Origin: Phaeosaccion multiseriatum
Taxonomy: Eukaryota; Protista; Ochrophyta, other classes
NCBI GenBank assembly: GCA_965112735.1
Contig: OZ218953.1
Span: 1-64,000 of the forward strand
Reading direction: 5' to 3'
DNA: 64,000 nt
Shown here: in pieces, positions 1 through 16,278 of the stretch
Numbering within the stretch: the first letter of the stretch is position 1
Layout of the letters: every line of letters starts with the position of its first letter
Position numbers and translations under genes: made by a program
Notes under the pieces: generated by a model
Databases searched by the model: none
The model's input: only the letters and a program-made list of their open reading frames with translations
Told to the model about the DNA's origin: nothing

Positions 1-3000
1 CTAACCCTAACCCTAACCCTAACCCTAACCCTAACCCTAACCCTAACCCTAACCCTAACCCTAACCCTAACCCTAACCCTAACCCTAACCCTAACCCTAA
101 CCCTAACCCTAACCCTAACCCTAACCCTAACCCTAACCCTAACCCTAACCCTAACCCTAACCCTAACCCTAACCCTAACCCTAACCCTAACCCTAACCCT
201 AACCCTAACCCTAACCCTAACCCTAACCCTAACCCTAACCCTAACCCTAACCCTAACCCTAACCCTAACCCTAACCCTAACCCTAACCCTAACCCTAACC
301 CTAACCCTAACCCTAACCCTAACCCTAACCCTAACCCTAACCCTAACCCTAACCCTAACCCTAACCCTAACCCTAACCCTAACCCTAACCCTAACCCTAA
401 CCCTAACCCTAACCCTAACCCTAACCCTAACCCTAACCCTAACCCTAACCCTAACCCTAACCCTAACCCTAACCCTAACCCTAACCCTAACCCTAACCCT
501 AACCCTAACCCTAACCCTAACCCTAACCCTAACCCTAACCCTAACCCTAACCCTAACCCTAACCCTAACCCTAACCCTAACCCTAACCCTAACCCTAACC
601 CTAACCCTAACCCTAACCCTAACCCTAACCCTAACCCTAACCCTAACCCTAACCCTAACCCTAACCCTAACCCTAACCCTAACCCTAACCCTAACCCTAA
701 CCCTAACCCTAACCCTAACCCTAACCCTAACCCTAACCCTAACCCTAACCCTAACCCTAACCCTAACCCTAACCCTAACCCTAACCCTAACCCTAACCCT
801 AACCCTAACCCTAACCCTAACCCTAACCCTAACCCTAACCCTAACCCTAACCCTAACCCTAACCCTAACCCTAACCCTAACCCTAACCCTAACCCTAACC
901 CTAACCCTAACCCTAACCCTAACCCTAACCCTAACCCTAACCCTAACCCTAACCCTAACCCTAACCCTAACCCTAACCCTAACCCTAACCCTAACCCTAA
1001 CCCTAACCCTAACCCTAACCCTAACCCTAACCCTAACCCTAACCCTAACCCTAACCCTAACCCTAACCCTAACCCTAACCCTAACCCTAACCCTAACCCT
1101 AACCCTAACCCTAACCCTAACCCTAACCCTAACCCTAACCCTAACCCTAACCCTAACCCTAACCCTAACCCTAACCCTAACCCTAACCCTAACCCTAACC
1201 CTAACCCTAACCCTAACCCTAACCCTAACCCTAACCCTAACCCTAACCCTAACCCTAACCCTAACCCTAACCCTAACCCTAACCCTAACCCTAACCCTAA
1301 CCCTAACCCTAACCCTAACCCTAACCCTAACCCTAACCCTAACCCTAACCCTAACCCTAACCCTAACCCTAACCCTAACCCTAACCCTAACCCTAACCCT
1401 AACCCTAACCCTAACCCTAACCCTAACCCTAACCCTAACCCTAACCCTAACCCTAACCCTAACCCTAACCCTAACCCTAACCCTAACCCTAACCCTAACC
1501 CTAACCCTAACCCTAACCCTAACCCTAACCCTAACCCTAACCCTAACCCTAACCCTAACCCTAACCCTAACCCTAACCCTAACCCTAACCCTAACCCTAA
1601 CCCTAACCCTAACCCTAACCCTAACCCTAACCCTAACCCTAACCCTAACCCTAACCCTAACCCTAACCCTAACCCTAACCCTAACCCTAACCCTAACCCT
1701 AACCCTAACCCTAACCCTAACCCTAACCCTAACCCTAACCCTAACCCTAACCCTAACCCTAACCCTAACCCTAACCCTAACCCTAACCCTAACCCTAACC
1801 CTAACCCTAACCCTAACCCTAACCCTAACCCTAACCCTAACCCTAACCCTAACCCTAACCCTAACCCTAACCCTAACCCTAACCCTAACCCTAACCCTAA
1901 CCCTAACCCTAACCCTAACCCTAACCCTAACCCTAACCCTAACCCTAACCCTAACCCTAACCCTAACCCTAACCCTAACCCTAACCCTAACCCTAACCCT
2001 AACCCTAACCCTAACCCTAACCCTAACCCTAACCCTAACCCTAACCCTAACCCTAACCCTAACCCTAACCCTAACCCTAACCCTAACCCTAACCCTAACC
2101 CTAACCCTAACCCTAACCCTAACCCTAACCCTAACCCTAACCCTAACCCTAACCCTAACCCTAACCCTAACCCTAACCCTAACCCTAACCCTAACCCTAA
2201 CCCTAACCCTAACCCTAACCCTAACCCTAACCCTAACCCTAACCCTAACCCTAACCCTAACCCTAACCCTAACCCTAACCCTAACCCTAACCCTAACCCT
2301 AACCCTAACCCTAACCCTAACCCTAACCCTAACCCTAACCCTAACCCTAACCCTAACCCTAACCCTAACCCTAACCCTAACCCTAACCCTAACCCTAACC
2401 CTAACCCTAACCCTAACCCTAACCCTAACCCTAACCCTAACCCTAACCCTAACCCTAACCCTAACCCTAACCCTAACCCTAACCCTAACCCTAACCCTAA
2501 CCCTAACCCTAACCCTAACCCTAACCCTAACCCTAACCCTAACCCTAACCCTAACCCTAACCCTAACCCTAACCCTAACCCTAACCCTAACCCTAACCCT
2601 AACCCTAACCCTAACCCTAACCCTAACCCTAACCCTAACCCTAACCCTAACCCTAACCCTAACCCTAACCCTAACCCTAACCCTAACCCTAACCCTAACC
2701 CTAACCCTAACCCTAACCCTAACCCTAACCCTAACCCTAACCCTAACCCTAACCCTAACCCTAACCCTAACCCTAACCCTAACCCTAACCCTAACCCTAA
2801 CCCTAACCCTAACCCTAACCCTAACCCTAACCCTAACCCTAACCCTAACCCTAACCCTAACCCTAACCCTAACCCTAACCCTAACCCTAACCCTAACCCT
2901 AACCCTAACCCTAACCCTAACCCTAACCCTAACCCTAACCCTAACCCTAACCCTAACCCTAACCCTAACCCTAACCCTAACCCTAACCCTAACCCTAACC

Positions 3001-6000
3001 CTAACCCTAACCCTAACCCTAACCCTAACCCTAACCCTAACCCTAACCCTAACCCTAACCCTAACCCTAACCCTAACCCTAACCCTAACCCTAACCCTAA
3101 CCCTAACCCTAACCCTAACCCTAACCCTAACCCTAACCCTAACCCTAACCCTAACCCTAACCCTAACCCTAACCCTAACCCTAACCCTAACCCTAACCCT
3201 AACCCTAACCCTAACCCTAACCCTAACCCTAACCCTAACCCTAACCCTAACCCTAACCCTAACCCTAACCCTAACCCTAACCCTAACCCTAACCCTAACC
3301 CTAACCCTAACCCTAACCCTAACCCTAACCCTAACCCTAACCCTAACCCTAACCCTAACCCTAACCCTAACCCTAACCCTAACCCTAACCCTAACCCTAA
3401 CCCTAACCCTAACCCTAACCCTAACCCTAACCCTAACCCTAACCCTAACCCTAACCCTAACCCTAACCCTAACCCTAACCCTAACCCTAACCCTAACCCT
3501 AACCCTAACCCTAACCCTAACCCTAACCCTAACCCTAACCCTAACCCTAACCCTAACCCTAACCCTAACCCTAACCCTAACCCTAACCCTAACCCTAACC
3601 CTAACCCTAACCCTAACCCTAACCCTAACCCTAACCCTAACCCTAACCCTAACCCTAACCCTAACCCTAACCCTAACCCTAACCCTAACCCTAACCCTAA
3701 CCCTAACCCTAACCCTAACCCTAACCCTAACCCTAACCCTAACCCTAACCCTAACCCTAACCCTAACCCTAACCCTAACCCTAACCCTAACCCTAACCCT
3801 AACCCTAACCCTAACCCTAACCCTAACCCTAACCCTAACCCTAACCCTAACCCTAACCCTAACCCTAACCCTAACCCTAACCCTAACCCTAACCCTAACC
3901 CTAACCCTAACCCTAACCCTAACCCTAACCCTAACCCTAACCCTAACCCTAACCCTAACCCTAACCCTAACCCTAACCCTAACCCTAACCCTAACCCTAA
4001 CCCTAACCCTAACCCTAACCCTAACCCTAACCCTAACCCTAACCCTAACCCTAACCCTAACCCTAACCCTAACCCTAACCCTAACCCTAACCCTAACCCT
4101 AACCCTAACCCTAACCCTAACCCTAACCCTAACCCTAACCCTAACCCTAACCCTAACCCTAACCCTAACCCTAACCCTAACCCTAACCCTAACCCTAACC
4201 CTAACCCTAACCCTAACCCTAACCCTAACCCTAACCCTAACCCTAACCCTAACCCTAACCCTAACCCTAACCCTAACCCTAACCCTAACCCTAACCCTAA
4301 CCCTAACCCTAACCCTAACCCTAACCCTAACCCTAACCCTAACCCTAACCCTAACCCTAACCCTAACCCTAACCCTAACCCTAACCCTAACCCTAACCCT
4401 AACCCTAACCCTAACCCTAACCCTAACCCTAACCCTAACCCTAACCCTAACCCTAACCCTAACCCTAACCCTAACCCTAACCCTAACCCTAACCCTAACC
4501 CTAACCCTAACCCTAACCCTAACCCTAACCCTAACCCTAACCCTAACCCTAACCCTAACCCTAACCCTAACCCTAACCCTAACCCTAACCCTAACCCTAA
4601 CCCTAACCCTAACCCTAACCCTAACCCTAACCCTAACCCTAACCCTAACCCTAACCCTAACCCTAACCCTAACCCTAACCCTAACCCTAACCCTAACCCT
4701 AACCCTAACCCTAACCCTAACCCTAACCCTAACCCTAACCCTAACCCTAACCCTAACCCTAACCCTAACCCTAACCCTAACCCTAACCCTAACCCTAACC
4801 CTAACCCTAACCCTAACCCTAACCCCTAACCCTAACCCTAACCCTAACCCTAACCCTAACCCTAACCCTAACCCTAACCCTAACCCTAACCCTAACCCTA
4901 ACCCTAACCCTAACCCTAACCCTAACCCTAACCCTAACCCTAACCCTAACCCTAACCCTAACCCTAACCCTAACCCTAACCCTAACCCTAACCCTAACCC
5001 TAACCCTAACCCTAACCCTAACCCTAACCCTAACCCTAACCCTAACCCTAACCCTAACCCTAACCCTAACCCTAACCCTAACCCTAACCCTAACCCTAAC
5101 CCTAACCCTAACCCTAACCCTAACCCTAACCCTAACCCTAACCCTAACCCTAACCCTAACCCTAACCCTAACCCTAACCCTAACCCTAACCCTAACCCTA
5201 ACCCTAACCCTAACCCTAACCCTAACCCTAACCCTAACCCTAACCCTAACCCTAACCCTAACCCTAACCCTAACCCTAACCCTAACCCTAACCCTAACCC
5301 TAACCCTAACCCTAACCCTAACCCTAACCCTAACCCTAACCCCTAACCCTAACCCTAACCCTAACCCTAACCCTAACCCTAACCCTAACCCTAACCCTAA
5401 CCCTAACCCTAACCCTAACCCTAACCCTAACCCTAACCCTAACCCTAACCCTAACCCTAACCCTAACCCTAACCCTAACCCTAACCCTAACCCTAACCCT
5501 AACCCTAACCCTAACCCTAACCCTAACCCTAACCCTAACCCTAACCCTAACCCTAACCCTAACCCTAACCCTAACCCTAACCCTAACCCTAACCCTAACC
5601 CTAACCCTAACCCTAACCCTAACCCTAACCCTAACCCTAACCCTAACCCTAACCCTAACCCTAACCCTAACCCTAACCCTAACCCTAACCCTAACCCTAA
5701 CCCTAACCCTAACCCTAACCCTAACCCTAACCCTAACCCTAACCCTAACCCTAACCCTAACCCTAACCCTAACCCTAACCCTAACCCTAACCCTAACCCT
5801 AACCCTAACCCTAACCCTAACCCTAACCCTAACCCTAACCCTAACCCTAACCCTAACCCTAACCCTAACCCTAACCCTAACCCTAACCCTAACCCTAACC
5901 CTAACCCTAACCCTAACCCTAACCCTAACCCTAACCCTAACCCTAACCCTAACCCTAACCCTAACCCTAACCCTAACCCTAACCTAACCCTAACCCTAAC

Positions 6001-6246
6001 CCTAACCCTAAACCTAACCCTAACCCTAACCCTAACCCTAACCCTAACCCTAACCCTAACCCTAACCCTAACCCTAACCCTAACCCTAACCCTAACCCTA
6101 ACCCTAACCCTAACCCTAACCCTAACCCTAACCCTAACCCTTAACCCTAACCCTAACCCTAACCCTAACCCTAACCCTAACCCTAACCCTAACCCTAACC
6201 CTAACCCTAACCCTAACCCTAACCCTAACCCTAACCCTAACCCTAA
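1..6246. repeat. Telomere (CCCTAA)n / (TTAGGG)n, left chromosome end
   Basis: Uninterrupted CCCTAA from base 1 to ~4820, then a few variant units (~4821, ~5341, ~5981, ~6010, ~6140). The array ends at 6246 (ccctaa|ggtggcc). Confidence 0.99.
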
Positions 6247-9200
6247 GGTGGCCTGTGGGCGGGGATCCACAGCAATGAAGAGCACGCGTCCACCAGACTT
6301 CGCGTCCTGAGGAATTGAATTAGAGGGAGAGGGAGATGGGGGGAGGGAGGGCGGGAGGGAGGGAGGGAGGGAAGGAGGAAGGGAGGGAGGGAGGGAGGGA
6401 GGGAGGGAGGGAGGGAGGGAGGGAGGGAGGGAGGGAGGGAGGGAGGGAGGGAGGGAGGGAGGGAGGGAGGGAGGGAGGGAGGGAGGGAGGGAGGGAGGGA
6501 GGGAGGGAGGGAGGGAGGGAGGGAGGGAGGGAGGGAGGGAGGGAGGGAGGGAGGGAGAGACGGAGACGAGGTAAGTTGTTTAGAGACGAGTTGCCAGAGA
6601 GTCCCTTCCCCTTCGCTTCTCCGGTCAGCTCTTACCTCTTCATCCTGCCTTTCTAAGGCCTCCTCCTCCTCGTGCTCCTCCTGATCCTCCTGTTTCTCCT
6701 GCTTCTCCTGCTTCTCCTCCCTCTCCTCCTCCACCACCTTCTCCTCCTCCTTCTCTTTCTCCTCCTCTCCTTCCTCCTGCTGCTGCTGCTGGCACTGTAC
6801 CACCAACTGTTGCCTCAAGTCGTCCACCTCTGTCCTTAGGGTGAGCGCCTGCTCCTTTTGCTCCTCCGCCTCTTGCCGTGCACTGTCCCTCTCCTGCCGG
6901 GCCGCCTCCAGCTCGTCGCGTAGCACCTCCTCCTGTTGCCGTACCACCAACTTCCCCTCTTGGAGAGCCTCGTTTTCTCTGCGGAGCGCTGCCATCTTCT
7001 CCTCCTGCTGCTGCTGTACCACCAACAGCCTCTCCTTGTCCTCCCCCAGGGCTCGCTCGACGTTTTCAAGGCGCCCCACATCGGCGCTCAGCGTTGCATT
7101 ATGGGTGGTGCGTTCGTCGTTCCCGGTCAAGGCCTGAAGCAGCTCGCTGCGCAGGCGCTTCGCTGTCTTCTCCGCGTCTTCCTTGACCCACTTCAGCTCC
7201 TCCTGCAGCTCCGCCTGCTGCTGCTCCTGTTGCTGGATCACCAAGTTCCCCTCTTGGAGCTCCTGCCGAGCCGTCTCCAGCTCCTCTTGCAGCTTCGCGT
7301 TCCGCCTGCTCATCTCCTCCGTCAGGCTCCGCAACTCTCTCGCCGCCTTGTCCTCAAGCTCCTGCTGCTGCTGAAGCACCAACTGTTGCATCTCCTCCTG
7401 CAGCTGCTGCTTGTCGCGCTGAACGCTCTCCAGGGCAGCTCGAGCCTCGTCGAGTAGAGCTTGCAGCCGCTCTGTGGCTCTATCCTGCTGCTGCTGCTTC
7501 ACCAATAGCTCCCGCTCCTTCTCCTCCCGGTGGCCGATGGCCTGCTGCTGCTTCTCCACCTTGTTCTGCAGCTGCTGTATCACCAACACGTCCGCCGCCT
7601 TCTCCTCAAGGAGCTTCTCCGTCTCCGCGCTCCGTTCCAATAGCCGCTCGTCCTGTAGTACCAACTGCTGCTCATGCCCTGCCGCCTCTGCTTGGGCCGC
7701 TTCTAGCTCGGCATCCTTGGTGTGCAACACGCTGCTCAACGAAGCGCAGTTCTCCTTGCATGCCTCCATCTCTCTCTGGGAGGCCTCCAGCTCGGTAAAC
7801 GCCCTTTCTCGCTGTGCCTCCGACCCCTTCAGCTCCTCCTTCGCCGTTCGTAGCTGCCTTTCAGACTCCACCAGCTGGCCCCAGTACAGCTCCGTCTCGC
7901 CTTTGTAACCCCTTGAGACTTCCTCCAACAGGCTTATCTTGATGAGGAGTAGGTTTCGGTCCTTCCGTGACCTCTGTGCGGCATGGGGCATGGATGAAAG
8001 GATACGGTAAGGCTGGTTCGAGTGGTTCGAGTGGTTCGAGTGGACGTTTCAGAATTTCGAGTGGACGTTTCACAAGGCAGGCGGCTCGTCGTCATATCCA
8101 AGCCCCGATATCCGGTCAGCACGCACGCACGCGTGCATACACACACACGCGCGCGCGCGCACATGTCTATATACATATATATGCATGTACACAGATGCAC
8201 ACACACATTCCTGACCTCATCCTCCGCGCTGGCATTGCTGGCGGCATGCCCCTGCATGTGCGCCTCCATCGCCGATTCGACCTCACTGATCGCCGCTTCG
8301 ACCTCACTCATCTCCGCCATCCACATCTTCACCAACCGCTCCATCTCCTCCATCTGTCCCGTCCGCTGTCGTGCCGCCTGCTGCACCTCCTTCACGAGGT
8401 CACTATAGCCAGAGGCCTTCTCCGACACGTGCCCGATCCTCTCCTCCGGCGGAGCCGCCATCTGTGAGCGGATGGGATGGCAGCCGACACGCGAAAGATG
8501 AGACGCAGGCCATACAGAGAGAGATAAGACAGGGCAGGACAGGGCGTGTGGGGGCGTGCGTGAGTGTTGTGCACACGTTCTCTCTCTCTCGATCCATCGA
8601 TCGATCAACGTGCATACAGGTCTTCTGTGAGGCCTTTCCTTTCCCCCGGAGGCCACCCGCCAAAGTTGGGGTGCTGCCCACCCACCCACCCACCCACCCA
8701 CCCACTCGCTTACCTCTGGCCCCCGCCTGAGCTCCTGTCTAGTGGTGGTGAGTGCACCAGGCACCTTGTTCGGCGTTGGGGTGGTGGGCCCTCGCTCCTC
8801 GTGGACCACTTCCAGGTCCGACGAGAACGAAGAGGCCTGCCACCGATGACAGATGATGGGTATGTGGGTAGGCAGGTAGGCAGGAAGGCAGGCAGGCAGG
8901 CAAGGAGGGGGGGAGGGAGGGAGGGAGGGAGGGAGGGAGGGAGGGAGGGAGGGAGGGAGAGAGGGAGGGAGGGAGGGAGGGAGGGAGGGAGGTAGGAGGG
9001 AGGGAGGGAGAGAGGGAGGGAGGGAGGGAGGGAGGGAGGGAGGGAGGGAGGGAGGGAGGGAGGGAGGGAGGGAGGGAGGGAGGGAGGGAGGGAGGGAGGG
9101 AGGGAGGGAGGGAGGGAGGGAGGGAGGGAGGGAGGGAGGGAGGGAGGGAGGGAGGGAGGGAGGGAGGGAGGGAGGGAGGGAGGGAGGGAGGGAGGGAGGG

Positions 9201-12200
9201 AGGGAGGGAGGGAGGGAGGGAGGGAGGGAGGGAGGGAGGGAGGGAGGGAGGGAGGGAGGGAGGGAGGGAGGGAGGGAGGGAGGGAGGGAGGGAGGGAGGG
9301 AGGGAGGGAGGGAGGGAGGGAGGGAGGGAGGGAGGGAGGGAGGGAGGGAGGAAGGGAGGGAGGGAGGGAGGGAGTTCATTGGACGTCACCGCGTGGTTAG
9401 TGTGGATACCGTCGAAAATCGGAGACGCTCTTGAGCGTGATTCGCAGAGCTTGTGAGTAGCCTCGAGAAGCGAAGGAAGGAAGGAAGGAAGGAAGGAAGG
9501 AAGGAAGGAAGGAAGGAAGGAAGGAAGGAAGGAAGGAAGGAAGGAAGGAAGGAAGGAAGGAAGGAAGGAAGGAAGGAAGGAAGGAAGGAAGGAAGGAAGG
9601 AAGGAAGGAAGGAAGGAAGGAAGGAAGGAAGGAAGGAAGGAAGGAAGGAAGGAAGGAAGGAAGGAAGGAAGGAAGGAAGGAAGGAAGGAAGGAAGGAAGG
9701 AAGGAAGGAAGGAAGGAAGGAAGGAAGGAAGGAAGGAAGGAAGGAAGGAAGGAAGGAAGGAAGGAAGGAAGGAAGGAAGGAAGGAAGGAAGGAAGGAAGG
9801 AAGGAAGGAAGGAAGGAAGGAAGGAAGGAAGGAAGGAAGGAAGGAAGGAAGGAAGGAAGGAAGGAAGGAAGGAAGGAAGGAAGGAAGGAAGGAAGGAAGG
9901 AAGGAAGGAAGGAAGAAGGAAGGAAGGAAGGAATTCCGCGCAATGGCTCTCACCTTGCCCATGTCCAACTCCTCTTGCTGCCGGCAGCGCCCCTTCAGCT
10001 GGCCTTGTCGCGACGTCCCATTCTTGGCACGAAGCCCTGGCCCAGCGTTCCAGGCGAGCTAGAGTCGGGGGGGGGTGCGAAGCGAGCATATGGGTGACGT
10101 CACCACTCGGAAGAAAAGCAAAGCGACCCTCCCCCGCCTCCCCCGCCTCCTCCACTTCCGTCTACCGCTCTCAGGTTGGACTTACCTGCTGCTCGAAGGC
10201 AGGCTCCTGCATCTGCGGCGGCTGCGGCTGTGCGGTACTCACGTCTGAAAACACGAGGGGGGTTGACTGAGATCCCGCATTGGAGGAGTAGCTCCAGCGT
10301 CTCTGCGTACGGCCGCATCCCTGCCGTAGGGGGCGTTCGGGCCACGAGGTCACTAGCCCCAGAAGCTTGTTGATTTGCCCCACCACAGTTCCGACATTGA
10401 TCTGTGAAAGCAGCGGTGGAAGTGGAAGAGGGGCACAGGAGGGATAAACAGCAGTACAGTGAGCAAAGAAGCGAGTAAGTGTGTACATAGGAATCAGGCA
10501 AGCAAGCGAACAAGCAACAAGAAGCAAGCCAATAACTGAGGTGAGCACCAATTGAGTGAGTGCGCTCTTCCTTTTGCATCACAAGAGAGAGGACTGGCTG
10601 CCTGTGCTCGCTGCCTGTGCTCGAGTTAGAGCCTGGACTGCACCTCCGTTTTGAATTGAGTGGAGTGTCGCATGATGTAGGCTTGTAGCTTGCTCAGTTC
10701 GATGTGCATCTGGTGCAGGGCATTATTCACGAGCTCCTTGCTGCTCTCGCCTGTCTTCTTTCCCCTCCCGCGCTTCCTGCCCTTCCTTCCCTCCTTGTTC
10801 TTGTTGTTTTCATCATGGGTGGAGGGCGTGGACGGTGTGGGTTTGCACAGCAAAGTGAGCCTGAGTGAGCCCTCCACGGGTGACTGGGGACAAGACGGGG
10901 TGGAAGTGGAGGTGGAGGTGAAGAGCGTGAGTGGGGGTTGGCGGGGAGGGGGGGCGGAGTGGAGGGGTTGGCTGGGGGGACGGTGTGGGGGGTGGAGGGG
11001 GTTGGCGGGGAGGGAGGGAGGGAGGGAGGGAGGGACTCGCATCACTCTGACATAGGAACGAAAGCTAAGCAGGAGCCTACAGAGGCAAGAGGCCCCATGT
11101 CGCTCTCGTGCCTGTCCAACCATGTGCCTGCCTGCCTGCAACTGTAACAGCCTTCCTTTACACCTACTGACCGTCTGTGCGCTGTCCTTGCTGGTGGCAG
11201 TGCTTTGCTGTCCCTCCTCTCCCGTCAGGTGGTCGCCGACAACCTGCGCCCCGAAGGAGGAGTGGAACAGCAGGCTGCTGGCGTCGTCGCTCGTCCCTGA
11301 ACAGCAGGAGGAGACTTCGAAGCGGCCCAAAGACGACAAGGAAGCTACCGGAGATCCTCTAACGGGGGAGGGCTCTGGTGCTTGATCTTCCGCCACCTCG
11401 GGGCCGGCTTCTCCTGTGCGGCCAGGTGCGCGTACGAGAGTGCGAGGGCACAAGGGAAGAGGCCAGCAGCAGCCAGGGAAAGAGTGAGGGAGTGTCTCAG
11501 GGGGGGGGGGAGGAGGCCACCAGCCAGACCATCCATGCGCGGATAAGTCCAGTGCATAGTGATGACACAGGGAAAGCGTACGCACCTCCGGTTGGGTTCG
11601 TCAGCTTGGACGTGACGGTGATGGCGCTGTGGCCAATCGTGTTCTCGTTGGGCGAGGAGGAGACGGTGATCTCCTCAAGCGGCTTGCGGGTCCCGTCAGG
11701 AGGAGCCTCCCGGGCCTCCTTGTGCGTGTGCATCCCCCCTGGCTGCTGATTCTCCATGGCTGGTACTTGACAGTACTGGCCGGTGCGCTCCCTGTTGGTA
11801 GTGAGGAGAATGTCAGAGCGCGAATTGAAGAGGTGTTCTTGAAAGGACGAACAAGTCAAGGCAGGACCAAAGGAAGCGCAAGTGAGCATCACCCACTGCC
11901 ACTGTCCAGGCGCTCACGAACAGGAGAGGGCACCAGCAGCCAGAGCGACGTCCTTCCTCGCCCCTCGCCCAGCACTTGTTACCTTGGCGGCCTCCCTTCT
12001 TGTGGTGTTCCTATCTTTCCTCTCTCGGGATGGAGGGATTGCCGGGAGGATTGGCTGGGCACTGCCCCGTCTCCCGCCCCTAGACGTTTGAGTCACTCGG
12101 GCTGGCCTGGGTGGCTGGCTGCACTCCGTGGGACTGTTGTGTGCTGCTTCCTGCTTTGTTTCTGTTCTCTCGGGAAAAGGGTCAATCTCTCTGCTGCCTG

Positions 12201-12273
12201 TGCTGTATCTCTTTTTTTTCTCTCCTCTCGCTCCTCTCTCTCTCTCCCTCCTGTGTTTGTGGCAATGTCCCAC
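6247..12273 (-). CDS. Large multi-exon coiled-coil protein whose last exon is joined to the telomere (5' end uncertain)
   Basis: GT-AG exons assemble in frame (approx. 11983-12273, 11585-11838, 11172-11414, 10644-10883, 10186-10401, 9954-10058, 8713-8836, 8215-8462, 6636-7973, 6247-6306). The 6636-7973 exon is E/Q/L/R-rich heptad sequence. There is no stop codon before the telomere. Confidence 0.7.
6345..6558. repeat. (GGGA)n microsatellite in intron
   Basis: Direct reading; lies inside the minus-strand intron 6307-6635. Confidence 0.95.
8905..9932. repeat. (GGGA)n ~8905-9372 and (GGAA)n ~9472-9932 intronic microsatellites
   Basis: Direct reading; source of the PSLP/SFLP/KEGR ORFs. Confidence 0.95.
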
Positions 12274-12633
12274 CGTAAGTATAGGCTACACTATCTCTTC
12301 CAAGCTCTTGTCCCGACACAATACAGCAGAGCTCTATCAGTCTCTCTCTCAAAAATTTAAAAAAAATGTTTAACCGTCATCCATCCGGAGGCGACACACC
12401 GGCTCACTTTGGGGCACTCCAAGGGAGGAGGAGGGGGAGGAGGAGGAGGAGATAGGGGGAAGGGATAAGGCTTAGGACTGCAAGCGGTGCATCGAGTGTA
12501 GCATTCATTGTGAGTGTGTGTATTGTCCGCAAGAGGGGACGCGCTCTCCGACCCTGCCTGCCCATGGTGCCCCTGCCCATGGTGCCCCTGCCCATGGTGC
12601 CCCTGCCCATCCGGGAGGGCCTTGCTCAGAGGG

Positions 12634-12755
12634 CCGACCCTAGACTTGATTATCTGATTGTTGAATGATTGTTGATTGTTGATTGTTGATTATTGTCGGC
12701 GCCAGGCCTCATTATTGATTATGGTCGGCGCATACATAATCAAGTCCAGGGCCGA
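12634..12755. mobile_element. MITE (122 bp), imperfect 20-bp TIR, 6-bp TSD AGAGGG
   Basis: Left end ccgaccctagacttgattat versus right end ataatcaagtccagggccga (3 mismatches). AGAGGG at 12628-12633 and 12756-12761. Confidence 0.8.
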
Positions 12756-12989
12756 AGAGGGGTGGCAAATTGTGATCACGACAAAGAGGATCATATCCAC
12801 TCATCCCAACAGAGCCTGGCCTGGCAGGACGCCGCCCAGCACAGCCACGAACGGTAGCGAGGCTCGGCAAGGTTCAGGTGTTGCGTAGTAGGTAGGCATG
12901 TGCTGCGTGCGTGACACCCTCGCCCGTTCGGCAGTCCTTGCTTGTGTGGACCGCTCAGGCACCGCTCAGGCACCACTCATGCCTGCTGC

Positions 12990-15963
<2,974 letters not shown>

Positions 15964-16278
15964 GGCTGCTCTGTGTTGATACAATTGGTTGATAGATGAA
16001 AAAAAGGAAAAAATGATCGCCAGAGATCGAGATGTCGATATGAAAAGTAGGACTCCCGTAAGTCAATAAACTCCCGCGTCCCCCCCCTTTCCTCCTCTCT
16101 TAGCCACTCATTCTTATTGATAATAATTGCTATGAGCGTACAAGTAATTTCCCCATTGACATGTGTTAAGGGGGTGAAGCGCTCTCTTGCGCTCCGGGGA
16201 TGCCCAGGGGGGAGGGAAGGCGAGCAGCCAACACCAGCCTGCCCCCCCCCCCCTCCTTGGCCAAGTCGACAAGTCAAG

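Noticed and set aside
4819-6285. 488-aa LG/RV ORF as a stand-alone gene
   Set aside because: It is telomere translation starting at an internal GTG; it is meaningful only as the read-through tail of the upstream spliced gene.
6255-6290. RVLFIAVDP as the start of a RuvC/RNase H-like or SCO-type domain
   Set aside because: Only 20 codons remain before the telomere, too short to assign.
7934-10155. Long PSLP/SFLP/KEGR ORFs (likewise LSVC, HSLT, YPTLS and VPEYGTR ORFs elsewhere)
   Set aside because: Stop-free translations of intronic micro/minisatellites bounded by splice sites.
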